A stretch of DNA of 64,000 nt from Actinomycetes bacterium (GTDB taxonomy: Bacteria > Actinomycetota > Actinomycetes > S36-B12), in the NCBI GenBank assembly GCA_024641635.1, contig JAHECS010000003.1, positions 11,110 to 75,109 of the forward strand, read 5' to 3'. The notes below the pieces were generated by a model, which was given only the letters and a program-made list of their open reading frames with translations, was not told the origin of the DNA and ran no database searches. Positions 17,846-26,846 of the stretch are shown in pieces. How positions within the stretch are numbered: position 1 is the stretch's first letter; every line of letters starts with the position of its first letter. The translations under genes were made by a program, and so were the position numbers.

Positions 17846-19056
17846 TGCGGGGTTCCAATCGTGACTTGCGACCCCGGGATCACCGGCGTGCACTGATTGA
17901 GCGCGTTGCAGGTGATGGTCGCATTCGCGGGCACCGTAAAGGTACCTGAGCCCGACGAGGCCCACGCGACCACCTTCGGCGTGACGTTGTCACCGAGGTT
18001 GCAGACGTTGACCGCGCCGGCCTGGCAGTCGAAGAAGGCGCCGCTCAGCCAGTTGCGGACGGTCTCATATCCCACAGCTCCCCCGGTGCCCGAGTACATC
18101 TGGATCCCGACGAGGCTGGAGTTGTTGTACCAGTAGTACCAGTACGCGCGCCCGACCCCGTAGAGCATGTCGTCGAGGTACGTCTGGGCCACCCAGGCCG
18201 CCGACGTGCCCGAGTCGAGCACGCGACGCGGATTGTTCTTCTGCGGCCCGGCGATGCCGTAGTTGATCTCGGTGTCCCACAGTCCCATGCGGGCAGGAAC
18301 CTTGGCCTTCTTCATGTCCTTCTGCGCCTGCTTGATGAAGGCGACACGGTCCGCCGGGGTGCCGTTGGCGGCCGGGTAGAGGTGGACCGACACGACGTCG
18401 ATCGGCCACTTGAGCTTCTTGAGCTCCTTGAGGTAGGCGGGGAAGAACTTCTTGTAGGCGCTCTGCAGCCGCATCGTCGTGCTCGCCGCCACGACCTTCG
18501 CCGACGGGTCGTACTTTCGGATGATCTTGTACGCCTCCTTGGTCAGCTGCGCCATCTGCTTCGGCGTGCCCTGCCAGAAGGTCGTGAGGTTGGCCTCGTT
18601 CCAGATCTGGTAGGCGTCGATGGACGCGCCGTAGCGCTTCACGATCGCCGTCACCCAGCTCTTCCAGTCCTTCATGCTCTTGGGCATCGAGGCCGCGCCC
18701 TTGTTGGGGTAGGTGCCCTGCTTGGCGTTCTTCGCTGCCCACTTCGGCGTCGAGCCGAGCACGTACAGGCTGCGGAGGTTCTGGGCGTTCGCGTTGGCGA
18801 TCGCGGCGTCGAGGCCGTTCCACCAGTACTTGCCGTTCTTCTGCTCGACCTGGCCCCAGGTGACCCCGGAGTCCCACAGGCGGATCGCCCCGTCGTTGAC
18901 GGTCGTGGTCTCGCCCTGCGAGATCTGCGGGACATGCATGCCGAACGCCAGATCGTCGATCGGGCCGCCGGTCACCGCCTGAGCGGGTGCAGAGGTCAGC
19001 AGTCCGCCGACGGCGAGGGCCGTGGCGAGGGCGGTGGCCATGAGGGTGCGGCGCAT
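17764..19056 (-). CDS. Clan GH-A glycoside hydrolase (GH39/GH5-like), secreted
   Basis: Sec signal ending AQA; IRLWD, YQIWNEAN, VHLY, LWDTE, YWYYW; paralog of the adjacent gene. Confidence 0.82.
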   Translation of the reverse strand: MRRTLMATALATALAVGGLLTSAPAQAVTGGPIDDLAFGMHVPQISQGETTTVNDGAIRLWDSGVTWGQVEQKNGKYWWNGLDAAIANANAQNLRSLYVLGSTPKWAAKNAKQGTYPNKGAASMPKSMKDWKSWVTAIVKRYGASIDAYQIWNEANLTTFWQGTPKQMAQLTKEAYKIIRKYDPSAKVVAASTTMRLQSAYKKFFPAYLKELKKLKWPIDVVSVHLYPAANGTPADRVAFIKQAQKDMKKAKVPARMGLWDTEINYGIAGPQKNNPRRVLDSGTSAAWVAQTYLDDMLYGVGRAYWYYWYNNSSLVGIQMYSGTGGAVGYETVRNWLSGAFFDCQAGAVNVCNLGDNVTPKVVAWASSGSGTFTVPANATITCNALNQCTPVIPGSQVTIGTPQWFGTPAVPAPPVDPAAPVDPAAPPAS

Positions 19057-19143
19057 GGGGAACCTTCCGAGGGGAAACGCGGTCGGCCACGACCATAACC
19101 CACCGGCTCCTCGATGCAGGGGAGCGACAGACCCGCCTGAGCC

Positions 19144-19839
19144 CTAGCGCTTCCTCAGCACGTACAGGCTCTGGCCGTCCGTTTCGCGGCCGTACTCGAA
19201 CCGGTCAACCGCCAGACGGGCAGCGTTCACGTGATCCTCGAAGTGCCAGCGGGCGAACCGGGTGCAGTGCAGGCGCCCCTTCCACTCCAGTGGGCCGTAC
19301 CCCTCCGGGTTCTCCTCCCAGCCGGGCACATCCTCCTCGACGAAGCAGGTGACGAACGCCCGTCCCTCCGGGGCCAACGCCTCACCGATGAGCTGCAGGT
19401 ACGCGGGGGTGTCCTCGTCGTTCATGTGCGAGAAGACCGAGTACGCGTAGAACACGTCGACACTGCCGGGCTCGGCGGACAGCGTCCGCTCGGGGGTGCC
19501 GTCAGGGTTGTAGCGCTCGTTGCTGACGTCGACGCACGTGAACCGGAAGCCCGGCCCTGCGAGGTTCTCCTCCGCCCATTCGACGAGCTCAGGCTGGACG
19601 TCGACCCCGTGGTAGTCGGCGATCCGGCCGAAGTGCTCGCGGACGCCGACGGCGAGGCGGCCGGCCCCGCATCCCCAGTCGAGCAGCCTCGAATCCGTGC
19701 CGAGCGCGCAGTACCGCTCCAGGCGCTTGACGTCGCGGACCGCCGTCTTGACGAACGCCGCGTCGTTCTTGAAGTGCTTGCCGCCCATGCGGTACTTGCT
19801 CGGCGGGAGCGCGCCGTCCTGCGTCTTCTTCGAGAACAT
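19144..19839 (-). CDS. Class I SAM-dependent methyltransferase
   Basis: LLDWGCGAGRL motif I, GVDV, YSVFSHM, LAPEG. Confidence 0.85.
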   Translation of the reverse strand: MFSKKTQDGALPPSKYRMGGKHFKNDAAFVKTAVRDVKRLERYCALGTDSRLLDWGCGAGRLAVGVREHFGRIADYHGVDVQPELVEWAEENLAGPGFRFTCVDVSNERYNPDGTPERTLSAEPGSVDVFYAYSVFSHMNDEDTPAYLQLIGEALAPEGRAFVTCFVEEDVPGWEENPEGYGPLEWKGRLHCTRFARWHFEDHVNAARLAVDRFEYGRETDGQSLYVLRKR

Positions 19840-19935
19840 GGGGGCAGCCTACGGCTCAGCCGCCCACACCCGGAGGGTCGTCAGTGCGGCGGGCGTCGAC
19901 CGCGGGTGGCCGCCACAAGGGACGAGGCAACGGCA

Positions 19936-20817
19936 CTACTTGAGGAGGCGGCTCATGCGTCGATCAGCGAGGAGCTTGCCGTCGGTCTGGCAGGTCGGGC
20001 AGTACTGGAGAGCCGAACTGGCGAACGACACCTCTCGGACGACGTCGCCACAGGCGGGACACGGCTGCCCGGCACGGCCGTGGACGGCGAGGTTCGCCTT
20101 CTTCTCCGCCTTGAGCGTCCCGGTGCCGTGACCGACGCTGTTCTCGATGGCCACGGTCAGCTCCCTGCGCATGCACTCGTACAGGCCCGCCACTTCGCTC
20201 GGCGTGAGGGAGGTACAGGGATGGAAGGGGGACAGTCGGGCGGCATGAAGGATCTCGTCGCTGTAGGCGTTGCCGATGCCGGCGATGATCGACTGGTCGC
20301 GCAGGACGCCCTTGAGCTGTGACCGGCCCGCTGACGCGAGGATCCCGGCGAACGCCTCCTCGGTGAGCTCGTCGGAGAGCGCGTCCGGGCCGAGTCGCGC
20401 GACCCCGGGCACCTGCGACGGGTCGGTCACCACGTAGAGCGCCAGCCGCTTCTGCGTCCCCGCCTCGGTGATGTCGAAGCCGCCCGTCGGCTCGCCATCG
20501 TCGGAGACGAACGCCACCCGGAGCGCGAGGGGGCCCTTTCCCGGCTTGACCGGCGTCGAGGGCACGTCCTCACGCCACTGGACCCACCCAGCGCGGGACA
20601 GGTGCCACAGCAGGTGCAGCCCGTCGTCGGTTCCCAGGTCGAGGAACTTCCCGTGTCGCGCCACGCCCGAAACCCGTTGCCCCGCAAGCTCGGTCAAGGA
20701 CGGGCTGAACGTCTTGAGCGCGCTCAGGCTGGCCAAGGTGATCGACGCGATCCGCGTGCCGGCCGTGCGCTCGGACAGGAACCGCGCGAGCGCCTCGACC
20801 TCGGGCAGCTCGGGCAC
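19936..20817 (-). CDS. Fpg/Nei family DNA glycosylase/AP lyase
   Basis: N-terminal PELPEVE, RHGKFL, H2TH DQSIIAGIGNAYSDEIL, zinc finger CPAC...CPTCQ. Confidence 0.92.
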   Translation of the reverse strand: MPELPEVEALARFLSERTAGTRIASITLASLSALKTFSPSLTELAGQRVSGVARHGKFLDLGTDDGLHLLWHLSRAGWVQWREDVPSTPVKPGKGPLALRVAFVSDDGEPTGGFDITEAGTQKRLALYVVTDPSQVPGVARLGPDALSDELTEEAFAGILASAGRSQLKGVLRDQSIIAGIGNAYSDEILHAARLSPFHPCTSLTPSEVAGLYECMRRELTVAIENSVGHGTGTLKAEKKANLAVHGRAGQPCPACGDVVREVSFASSALQYCPTCQTDGKLLADRRMSRLLK

Positions 20818-22044
20818 CTACAGGAGCCCCATGTCCGCAGCCGCCTCGCGCAGCTCGTCGCGCACGTCCGGGTGAGCGGCGTGCTCGATGATGTTGAGGG
20901 CCTGAGAGCGCTGGCTGCGGCCGAAGCACTGCGCGAGTCCGTGCTCGGTCGCGACGTAGCTGTGCTGGAAGCTCGTCACCGGCTCGGTGAGGTGCGGGAC
21001 GATCGTCGACACGTTCGCCTTGGGGTGCCATGAGTGGAGGGCCATGAAGGACTGCCCGCCCCGCGAGTGGAGGGCGCCGACGATGAAGTCCGTCGATCCT
21101 CCGAAGCCGGAGTAGATGCAGCCCTTGACGCGGCTCGCGTTGGCCTGGTCGAAGAGGTCCACCTGCAGCGCCCCGTTGACACTGGTCATGCGCGCCTGCC
21201 GGGAGATCTGGCCCGGGGCGTTCGTGTTCTCCGTGCGGAGCATGCGCACCCGCTTGTTCAGGTGGACCCAGTCGTACAGCTCCTGGGACCCGAAGAGGAA
21301 CGACGCGGTGAGCGGGATGTCCTCGTCGAGGCAGCCCTGCTTGTGCAGCTCGAGGACGCCGTCACTGAACATCTCCGTCCAGATCCGCATGTCCCGGTGG
21401 CCGGTGAGCGAGGCAAGCACGGCGTCCGGGACGGCGCCGATGCCGAGCTGCAGGGTCGACGCATCCTGGACGCGCGCCGCGATCCGCCCGCCGATCTCCC
21501 GGGAGACGTCGTCCAGCGGCTTGGGGGTGTGAGTGACCAGGGGCTCGTCGACCTCGACGAGGTAGTCGATCTCGTGCTCGTAGATCTGCGCGTCACCGTA
21601 GGTGTAGGGCATCTTCGGGTTCGCCTGAACGATGACGAGACCACCGCGTTCCCGGGTCGCCTCGATCGCAGCGGGCAGGACGTTCACCTCGGTGCCCAGG
21701 CTGACCGTGTCGTGCCTCCTCGCGGAGGAATGCAGGAGGACGACGTCCGGGCGATAGTGATCGCGGTACAGGACGGGAACCAGACTGAGCCGACAGGGGA
21801 TGTAGTCCAGGTGCGGGGACGACCGCATCCCGGGGCCGACGAACGTCGTCTCATAGGTGACGCCCTTGCGGTCCGGCAGGCCCTTCTGCGCGTTCAGCAT
21901 GTGCAGGCGGTACTCGGGAACGATGGCGTCGAGGGCACCGAGGAGCACGGCCGGGGTCGCGAAGTTCCCGGACGCGACCACCCGGGGGTTCTCCGGCAGG
22001 CTGGCGAAGACACTCTGGAGCTGCTCGACCGTCACTACTCTCAT
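20818..22044 (-). CDS. Acetyl-CoA hydrolase/transferase (4-hydroxybutyrate CoA-transferase-like)
   Basis: TLQLGIGAVPDAV, TEMFSDG, VNGALQVDL, SGFGGSTDF, VATEHG. Confidence 0.88.
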   Translation of the reverse strand: MRVVTVEQLQSVFASLPENPRVVASGNFATPAVLLGALDAIVPEYRLHMLNAQKGLPDRKGVTYETTFVGPGMRSSPHLDYIPCRLSLVPVLYRDHYRPDVVLLHSSARRHDTVSLGTEVNVLPAAIEATRERGGLVIVQANPKMPYTYGDAQIYEHEIDYLVEVDEPLVTHTPKPLDDVSREIGGRIAARVQDASTLQLGIGAVPDAVLASLTGHRDMRIWTEMFSDGVLELHKQGCLDEDIPLTASFLFGSQELYDWVHLNKRVRMLRTENTNAPGQISRQARMTSVNGALQVDLFDQANASRVKGCIYSGFGGSTDFIVGALHSRGGQSFMALHSWHPKANVSTIVPHLTEPVTSFQHSYVATEHGLAQCFGRSQRSQALNIIEHAAHPDVRDELREAAADMGLL

Positions 22045-22115
22045 GGCGCCATCCTTCCACCCGTCCGCGTTCGCGGACGGCTTGAGCGGGTGAGCCCTGT
22101 GCCACAATTGCGCGC

Positions 22116-23060
22116 ATGGTGCAGCCGATCAACTGGCCGGACGTCAAGGTGTACGTGGCCGGCCACAACGGCCTCGTCGGCTCCGCGATCGTGAGGGCCC
22201 TCGAGTCGGCCGGCGTCGGCGAGGTTGTCGGCTGGCGTTCGAGCGAGCTGGACCTCACGGATCGCGACGCGACGATGGACGCCATCACCGAGGCCCGTCC
22301 TGACGTCGTGATCGACGCGGCCGCGAAGGTCGGCGGCATCATGGCGAACTCCACCTACCCCGTGGAGTTCCTCAAGGACAACGTCCTCATCCAGACCAAC
22401 GTCATGGACGCGGCGCACGCCATCGACATCGACCGGCTGCTGTTCCTCGGGTCGTCCTGCATCTACCCCCGTCACGCCACTCAGCCGATCCGCGAGTCCT
22501 CGCTCATGACCGGGCCCCTCGAGCCCACCAACCAGGCCTACGCGATGGCGAAGATCTCCGGGATCTTCTACATCGAGGCTCATCGCACCGAGTACGGCCG
22601 CCACTGGATCTCGGCCATGCCCACGAATCTCTACGGGCCGAAGGACAACTTCGACCTCGAGACCTCGCACGTGCTCCCGGCCTTCATCCGCCGCTTCCAC
22701 GAGGCCAAGACGAGCGGCGCCGCGACGGTCACGGTGTGGGGCACGGGTGCACCTCGTCGCGAGTTCCTGCACGTGGACGATCTCGCACAGGCCTGCCTCA
22801 TGCTCCTGCAGACGTATGACTCCCCCGAGACGATCAACGTCGGCTGGGGCGACGACCTGCCCATCCGGGAGCTCGCCGAGACGGTGGCCAGTGTCGTCGG
22901 GTACGCAGGGGACATCGAGTGGGACACCTCGAAGCCTGACGGGATGCCGCGCAAGCTCCTCGACACCAGCCGCATCAACGCGCTCGGATGGCAGCCGACG
23001 ATCAAGCTGCGCGACGGACTGACGTCCACCTACGAGTGGTTCGTGGAGAACGTGGCCTGA
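22116..23060 (+). CDS. fcl: GDP-L-fucose synthase
   Basis: YVAGHNGLVGSAI, AAAKVGGIMAN, LGSSCIYP, YAMAK, MPTNLYGP, REFLHVDD, KPDGMPRKLLD. Confidence 0.93.
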   Translation: MVQPINWPDVKVYVAGHNGLVGSAIVRALESAGVGEVVGWRSSELDLTDRDATMDAITEARPDVVIDAAAKVGGIMANSTYPVEFLKDNVLIQTNVMDAAHAIDIDRLLFLGSSCIYPRHATQPIRESSLMTGPLEPTNQAYAMAKISGIFYIEAHRTEYGRHWISAMPTNLYGPKDNFDLETSHVLPAFIRRFHEAKTSGAATVTVWGTGAPRREFLHVDDLAQACLMLLQTYDSPETINVGWGDDLPIRELAETVASVVGYAGDIEWDTSKPDGMPRKLLDTSRINALGWQPTIKLRDGLTSTYEWFVENVA

Positions 23061-23061
23061 C

Positions 23062-23442
23062 GTGGACGAGGAGGACGTGCGCGACGAGCCGCTTCAGGTC
23101 CTCCTGCCCGGACGACGGTCGCTCCTGGTCCGCCTCACCTGCCAGGAGGGGATGCGGCCGGCGATGCTCGAGGTCCTCAACACCTATGCGGACGGCCTCG
23201 AGGAGGAACCGGGAACCGAGATGTTCGTCGTCTCCCTCGACCCGGACGACGCGACCATCGTGTGGCTGTACGAGGTCTTCAAGGACGAGGATGCCGAGGA
23301 GGCCCACCGGGCGTCCGGGGGGTTCGCGCGGATGATGGGGACGATGCCGGAGTTCCTCAGCGCCCCGCCCGCCGTCCTGCGCATGGAGCCGCTGCGCATG
23401 GTGATGCACGAGACGGTCCTTGCCGAGGACTGGGCGTTCTGA
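23062..23442 (+). CDS. ABM-family (putative quinol) monooxygenase
   Basis: EEPGTEMFVV...WLYEVFKDEDAEEAHRAS pattern. Confidence 0.7.
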   Translation: MDEEDVRDEPLQVLLPGRRSLLVRLTCQEGMRPAMLEVLNTYADGLEEEPGTEMFVVSLDPDDATIVWLYEVFKDEDAEEAHRASGGFARMMGTMPEFLSAPPAVLRMEPLRMVMHETVLAEDWAF

Positions 23443-23729
23443 TGGTGCTCGAGGTCGCGTACGTGCCGATCCTGCCCGGGCACGAGGACGAGTTCGAGGC
23501 GGCGCTCCTGGACGCAGCCTCGACCGTGCTGCCCGAGGCCCGTGGCTTCCTGGAGTTCACCGGGCACGGCTGGTGCGTGGAACGTCCCAACGTCTACCTG
23601 TTCACGATCCGATGGGAGACCCTGGAGGACCACACCGAGGGATTCCGCGGCTCGGAGCTCTTCGCCCGGTGGCGCGGACTCATCGGTCCGCACTTCGACG
23701 GAGCGCCGTCCGTCGAGCACTTCGCCTGA
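23442..23729 (+). CDS. Antibiotic biosynthesis monooxygenase family protein
   Basis: MVLEVA...PGHEDEFE...WETLEDHTEGFRGS; TGATG coupling with upstream gene. Confidence 0.85.
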   Translation: MVLEVAYVPILPGHEDEFEAALLDAASTVLPEARGFLEFTGHGWCVERPNVYLFTIRWETLEDHTEGFRGSELFARWRGLIGPHFDGAPSVEHFA

Positions 23730-23750
23730 CCGTTCCGAGGGCTGCCGGGC

Positions 23751-25022
23751 TCAGGTGAACGGCGGGCGATCGTCGAAGCGAAGGCTGAGTCGGCCGGAGG
23801 CCCGCCACAGCCGCGCGACGACATCCGCATCCTCCGGCGTGACCAGGTTGCCCATGACCCGCAGGGCAACCGTCATGAGTCCCCGCGATCTCATCCCCAC
23901 GGGCCCAAGGGTCGGCAGCAACCCCGGCACGGTGAGGAAGCCGGCCAGCCGGCGGGCGATGGAGAACGCCGTCCCATACCGCTGCCGGAGGATCGGCGCC
24001 CACTGGCGGGTGTAGTCGAGGCTGGGATTCGGCACCGAGTCGGCGAGCAGGTGCGCGGCCAGATGCCCCGTCTCAAGTCCGTAGTCGATGCCCTCGCCAT
24101 TCAGCGGGTTGACGCACCCGGCCGCATCACCGACAAGCAGCCAGTTGGGACCCGAGACCCCGCTGACCGCACCGCCCATCGGCAGGAGAGCCGACCAGGC
24201 CGCGCGGACATCGCCCTCGAACTGCCAGGTGTCACGCTGCGTCTCGGCGTAGTGGGCGAGGAGGGAGCGAAGGTTCACGTCTGCCGGGTGGCGATCGGTG
24301 GCCAGGGTGCCGACACCCACGTTCACCTCGCCGTCACCGAGCGGGAACACCCACCCGTAGCCCGACAGCAGCTCGCCCTGCTCTCCGCGCAGTTCGAGGT
24401 GCGAGGAGATCCAGGGATCATCGCTGCGGTGCGACTTGATGTACGCGCGGGCGGCGACCCCGTATGCCGTGCTCCGGTGCCACGTCCGACCGAGTCGTCG
24501 GCCCAGCTGGGAGCGGGCCCCGTCCGCGACGACGAGCCGCCGGCAGGTGATCTCCCGGCGCTCGGCCCGACGGCCGGATCCCGTCGTGAACGTGACCCCC
24601 CGCACGCGGCCCTGCTCCAGGCGAACGTCGACGGCGCGGTGACCCTCCACGGCGGACACGCCTGCGTCCAGGGCCACCTGGCGGATCGCGGCGTCGAGCT
24701 CCAGCCGCGGTGCCGCGCCGCCGTACCTTGGCAGCGATCCGCCCGGCCATGGCAGGTACAGCTCCTGGCCGAAGCCGGCAGCCCGCAACCCCCAGTTCCG
24801 CGCCCGTCCGTCCAGCCACGGGGACAGTCCGAGCTGATCGAGCTCGGCGATGGCGCGAGGCGTGAGCCCGTCCCCGCAGGGCTTGTCACGCGGGAAGGTC
24901 TCCGCATCGACCAGCAGGACGTCGAGTCCCTGCCGCGCCGCCCACGCGGCTGTTGCCGACCCGGCAGGGCCGGCGCCGACGACGAGGACGTCGGTGTCCG
25001 TGGGGGGGGAGGTCGCGGTCAT
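23751..25022 (-). CDS. Geranylgeranyl reductase family FAD oxidoreductase (MenJ-like)
   Basis: VVGAGPAGS, FPRDKPCGDG, VADGARS, GYGWVFP, VGDAAGCVNPLNGEGI. Confidence 0.88.
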   Translation of the reverse strand: MTATSPPTDTDVLVVGAGPAGSATAAWAARQGLDVLLVDAETFPRDKPCGDGLTPRAIAELDQLGLSPWLDGRARNWGLRAAGFGQELYLPWPGGSLPRYGGAAPRLELDAAIRQVALDAGVSAVEGHRAVDVRLEQGRVRGVTFTTGSGRRAERREITCRRLVVADGARSQLGRRLGRTWHRSTAYGVAARAYIKSHRSDDPWISSHLELRGEQGELLSGYGWVFPLGDGEVNVGVGTLATDRHPADVNLRSLLAHYAETQRDTWQFEGDVRAAWSALLPMGGAVSGVSGPNWLLVGDAAGCVNPLNGEGIDYGLETGHLAAHLLADSVPNPSLDYTRQWAPILRQRYGTAFSIARRLAGFLTVPGLLPTLGPVGMRSRGLMTVALRVMGNLVTPEDADVVARLWRASGRLSLRFDDRPPFT

Positions 25023-25046
25023 GGCCCGCATATTGTCCCCGAACGG

Positions 25047-25952
25047 TCAGGTCCGGGCGAATCGCGGCAGTCGCACCAGGCCCTGAGCCGTTGCGGCCCC
25101 CAGCACGACGAGGGCTCCGCCGACCGGCTGGTTCCAGGTGATGTGCTCGCCGAGGACGACCGCCCCGGACACCACGGCCACCAGGGTGATCACGTACGTG
25201 ACCGTGCTCGCCGTGGTCGCGTCCGACCGGTGGATCACGAGGTAGTTCAGGATGTATGCGATGCCGCTGCCGAGGATCCCGAGGGCCAGCATCGCGAGGA
25301 ACACGGAGCCCGTCACCGGCGCGTGCGCGAATCCCGTCAGGGCCGCCACCGGGGCGATCTGGATCGTCCCCATGATCATGAGGCCCGTGGCGAAGGTCAT
25401 CGGCCCCAGGGCGTTCTCGCCGGTCGCGATGTGCCGGCGCACGTAGGGGTAGGAGATTCCGTATCCGATCGTGGCGAGCACGGCGGCACCGATGCCGAGG
25501 AGGGTCGTCGCACCCAGGCCCTGCCACACGCCGACCACGACGAGCACGCCGGTGAAGCCGATCACCAGGCCGACGATGCGCTGCCGGGTCGGCTTCTCCT
25601 CCGGGAAGGCGGCCAGGATCACCAGCAGGGTCATCAGCGGCGTGGCTCCGTTGATGATGCCCGCGAGCGCCGACGAGATGTACTGCTCACTGAACGCGAA
25701 CAGCACCCACCCGCCGCTGGTCATCAGCACGGCCGCCACGAACAGCGGTCCCCACAGCCGTCTCGGAGGCAGCGGGGACCGCATGACGACGCTGATGACG
25801 AGCATCGTGATCATGCCGAGGGCGAGCCGGCTGAGCACGACTCCGGCAGGGGTCAGGGAGCCGAGGCCGATCTTGATGAAGACGAACGAGTTTCCCCAGA
25901 TGAGGGAGAGGAGCAGGTAGGCCGGGAGCCACGCGCGGGGGGACGACCTCAC
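25047..25952 (-). CDS. DMT/EamA family transporter
   Basis: IWGNSF...K, about 10 TMs, LGILGSGIAY, VLGEHIT; GTGA overlap with upstream stop. Confidence 0.88.
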   Translation of the reverse strand: MRSSPRAWLPAYLLLSLIWGNSFVFIKIGLGSLTPAGVVLSRLALGMITMLVISVVMRSPLPPRRLWGPLFVAAVLMTSGGWVLFAFSEQYISSALAGIINGATPLMTLLVILAAFPEEKPTRQRIVGLVIGFTGVLVVVGVWQGLGATTLLGIGAAVLATIGYGISYPYVRRHIATGENALGPMTFATGLMIMGTIQIAPVAALTGFAHAPVTGSVFLAMLALGILGSGIAYILNYLVIHRSDATTASTVTYVITLVAVVSGAVVLGEHITWNQPVGGALVVLGAATAQGLVRLPRFART

Positions 25953-26794
25953 GCGCTCTCGCTCGCGAGCAACGACCTCTTCACGGCGAGCCCCCACCGA
26001 TAGCCGGCCAGGCTGCCGTCGGACCGGATGACGCGGTGGCAGGGGATGGCGAGCGCGACACGGTTCGTGGCGCAGGCGCGCGCCACCGCACGCACCGAGG
26101 TTGGACGCCCGATCGTCGCTGCGACCTCCGCATACGTTCGCGTCTCGCCGGCGGGTATCTCGCGCAGTGCCCCCCAGACGCGTGCCTGGAAGGCCGTCCC
26201 ATGGACGTCCACGGGCAGCTCCGCCGCACGACCGCCGCTAGCCAGTGCACTGAGGGCGGTCATGACGTCTGCCATGGCGGCATCGTCCCGCTCGAGGACC
26301 GCGTGCGGGAACTCCGCCCTCATGTCGTCCTCGAGCTCAGCCGCCCGGCCGATGCGTACGGCCGCCAGCCCACGGGGGGTGGCCACCGCAATGACGTCAC
26401 CGACGGGGGTCTGCGTGACGGACCACAACAGGAGGTGCTCGGGAGCTCCGGCGATGTAGTCCGTCGGCGTCATCCCCAGCCGACGCGCGGCCTCCTCGTA
26501 GAAGCCGCGAACCGATCCGTACCCCGCGTCGAAGACCGCGTCCAGCACGGACTCTGCCGACCGCAGCGCTCCCCGCGTCCGCTCGGTTCGCACGGCCTGA
26601 CCGAAGGCCCGCGGCGTGATCCCCAGGACCTCGGCGAAGTCACGCTGGAGCTGGCGAGCACTGCAGTGCAGTGTCCCGGCGAGGGAGGCGACCGACAACG
26701 GCCCACCGGCGGCCGTCATGGCCTCGCACGCCTGGGCGACCCGGACGGAGGGGCTGCTGGGCACACGCTGTTCGACTACGGACCTCACGCTCAT
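25949..26794 (-). CDS. AraC-HTH plus O6-methylguanine-DNA methyltransferase (Ada-like)
   Basis: SARQLQRDF...GITP HTH; GTAFQARVW...IPAGETRTY...IPCHRVIR active site. Confidence 0.88.
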   Translation of the reverse strand: MSVRSVVEQRVPSSPSVRVAQACEAMTAAGGPLSVASLAGTLHCSARQLQRDFAEVLGITPRAFGQAVRTERTRGALRSAESVLDAVFDAGYGSVRGFYEEAARRLGMTPTDYIAGAPEHLLLWSVTQTPVGDVIAVATPRGLAAVRIGRAAELEDDMRAEFPHAVLERDDAAMADVMTALSALASGGRAAELPVDVHGTAFQARVWGALREIPAGETRTYAEVAATIGRPTSVRAVARACATNRVALAIPCHRVIRSDGSLAGYRWGLAVKRSLLASESA

Positions 26795-26846
26795 GCACCG
26801 AACCTAGGCGGGGTCGATGTGGTCCGGCACTCCGGTTCGCGACACG

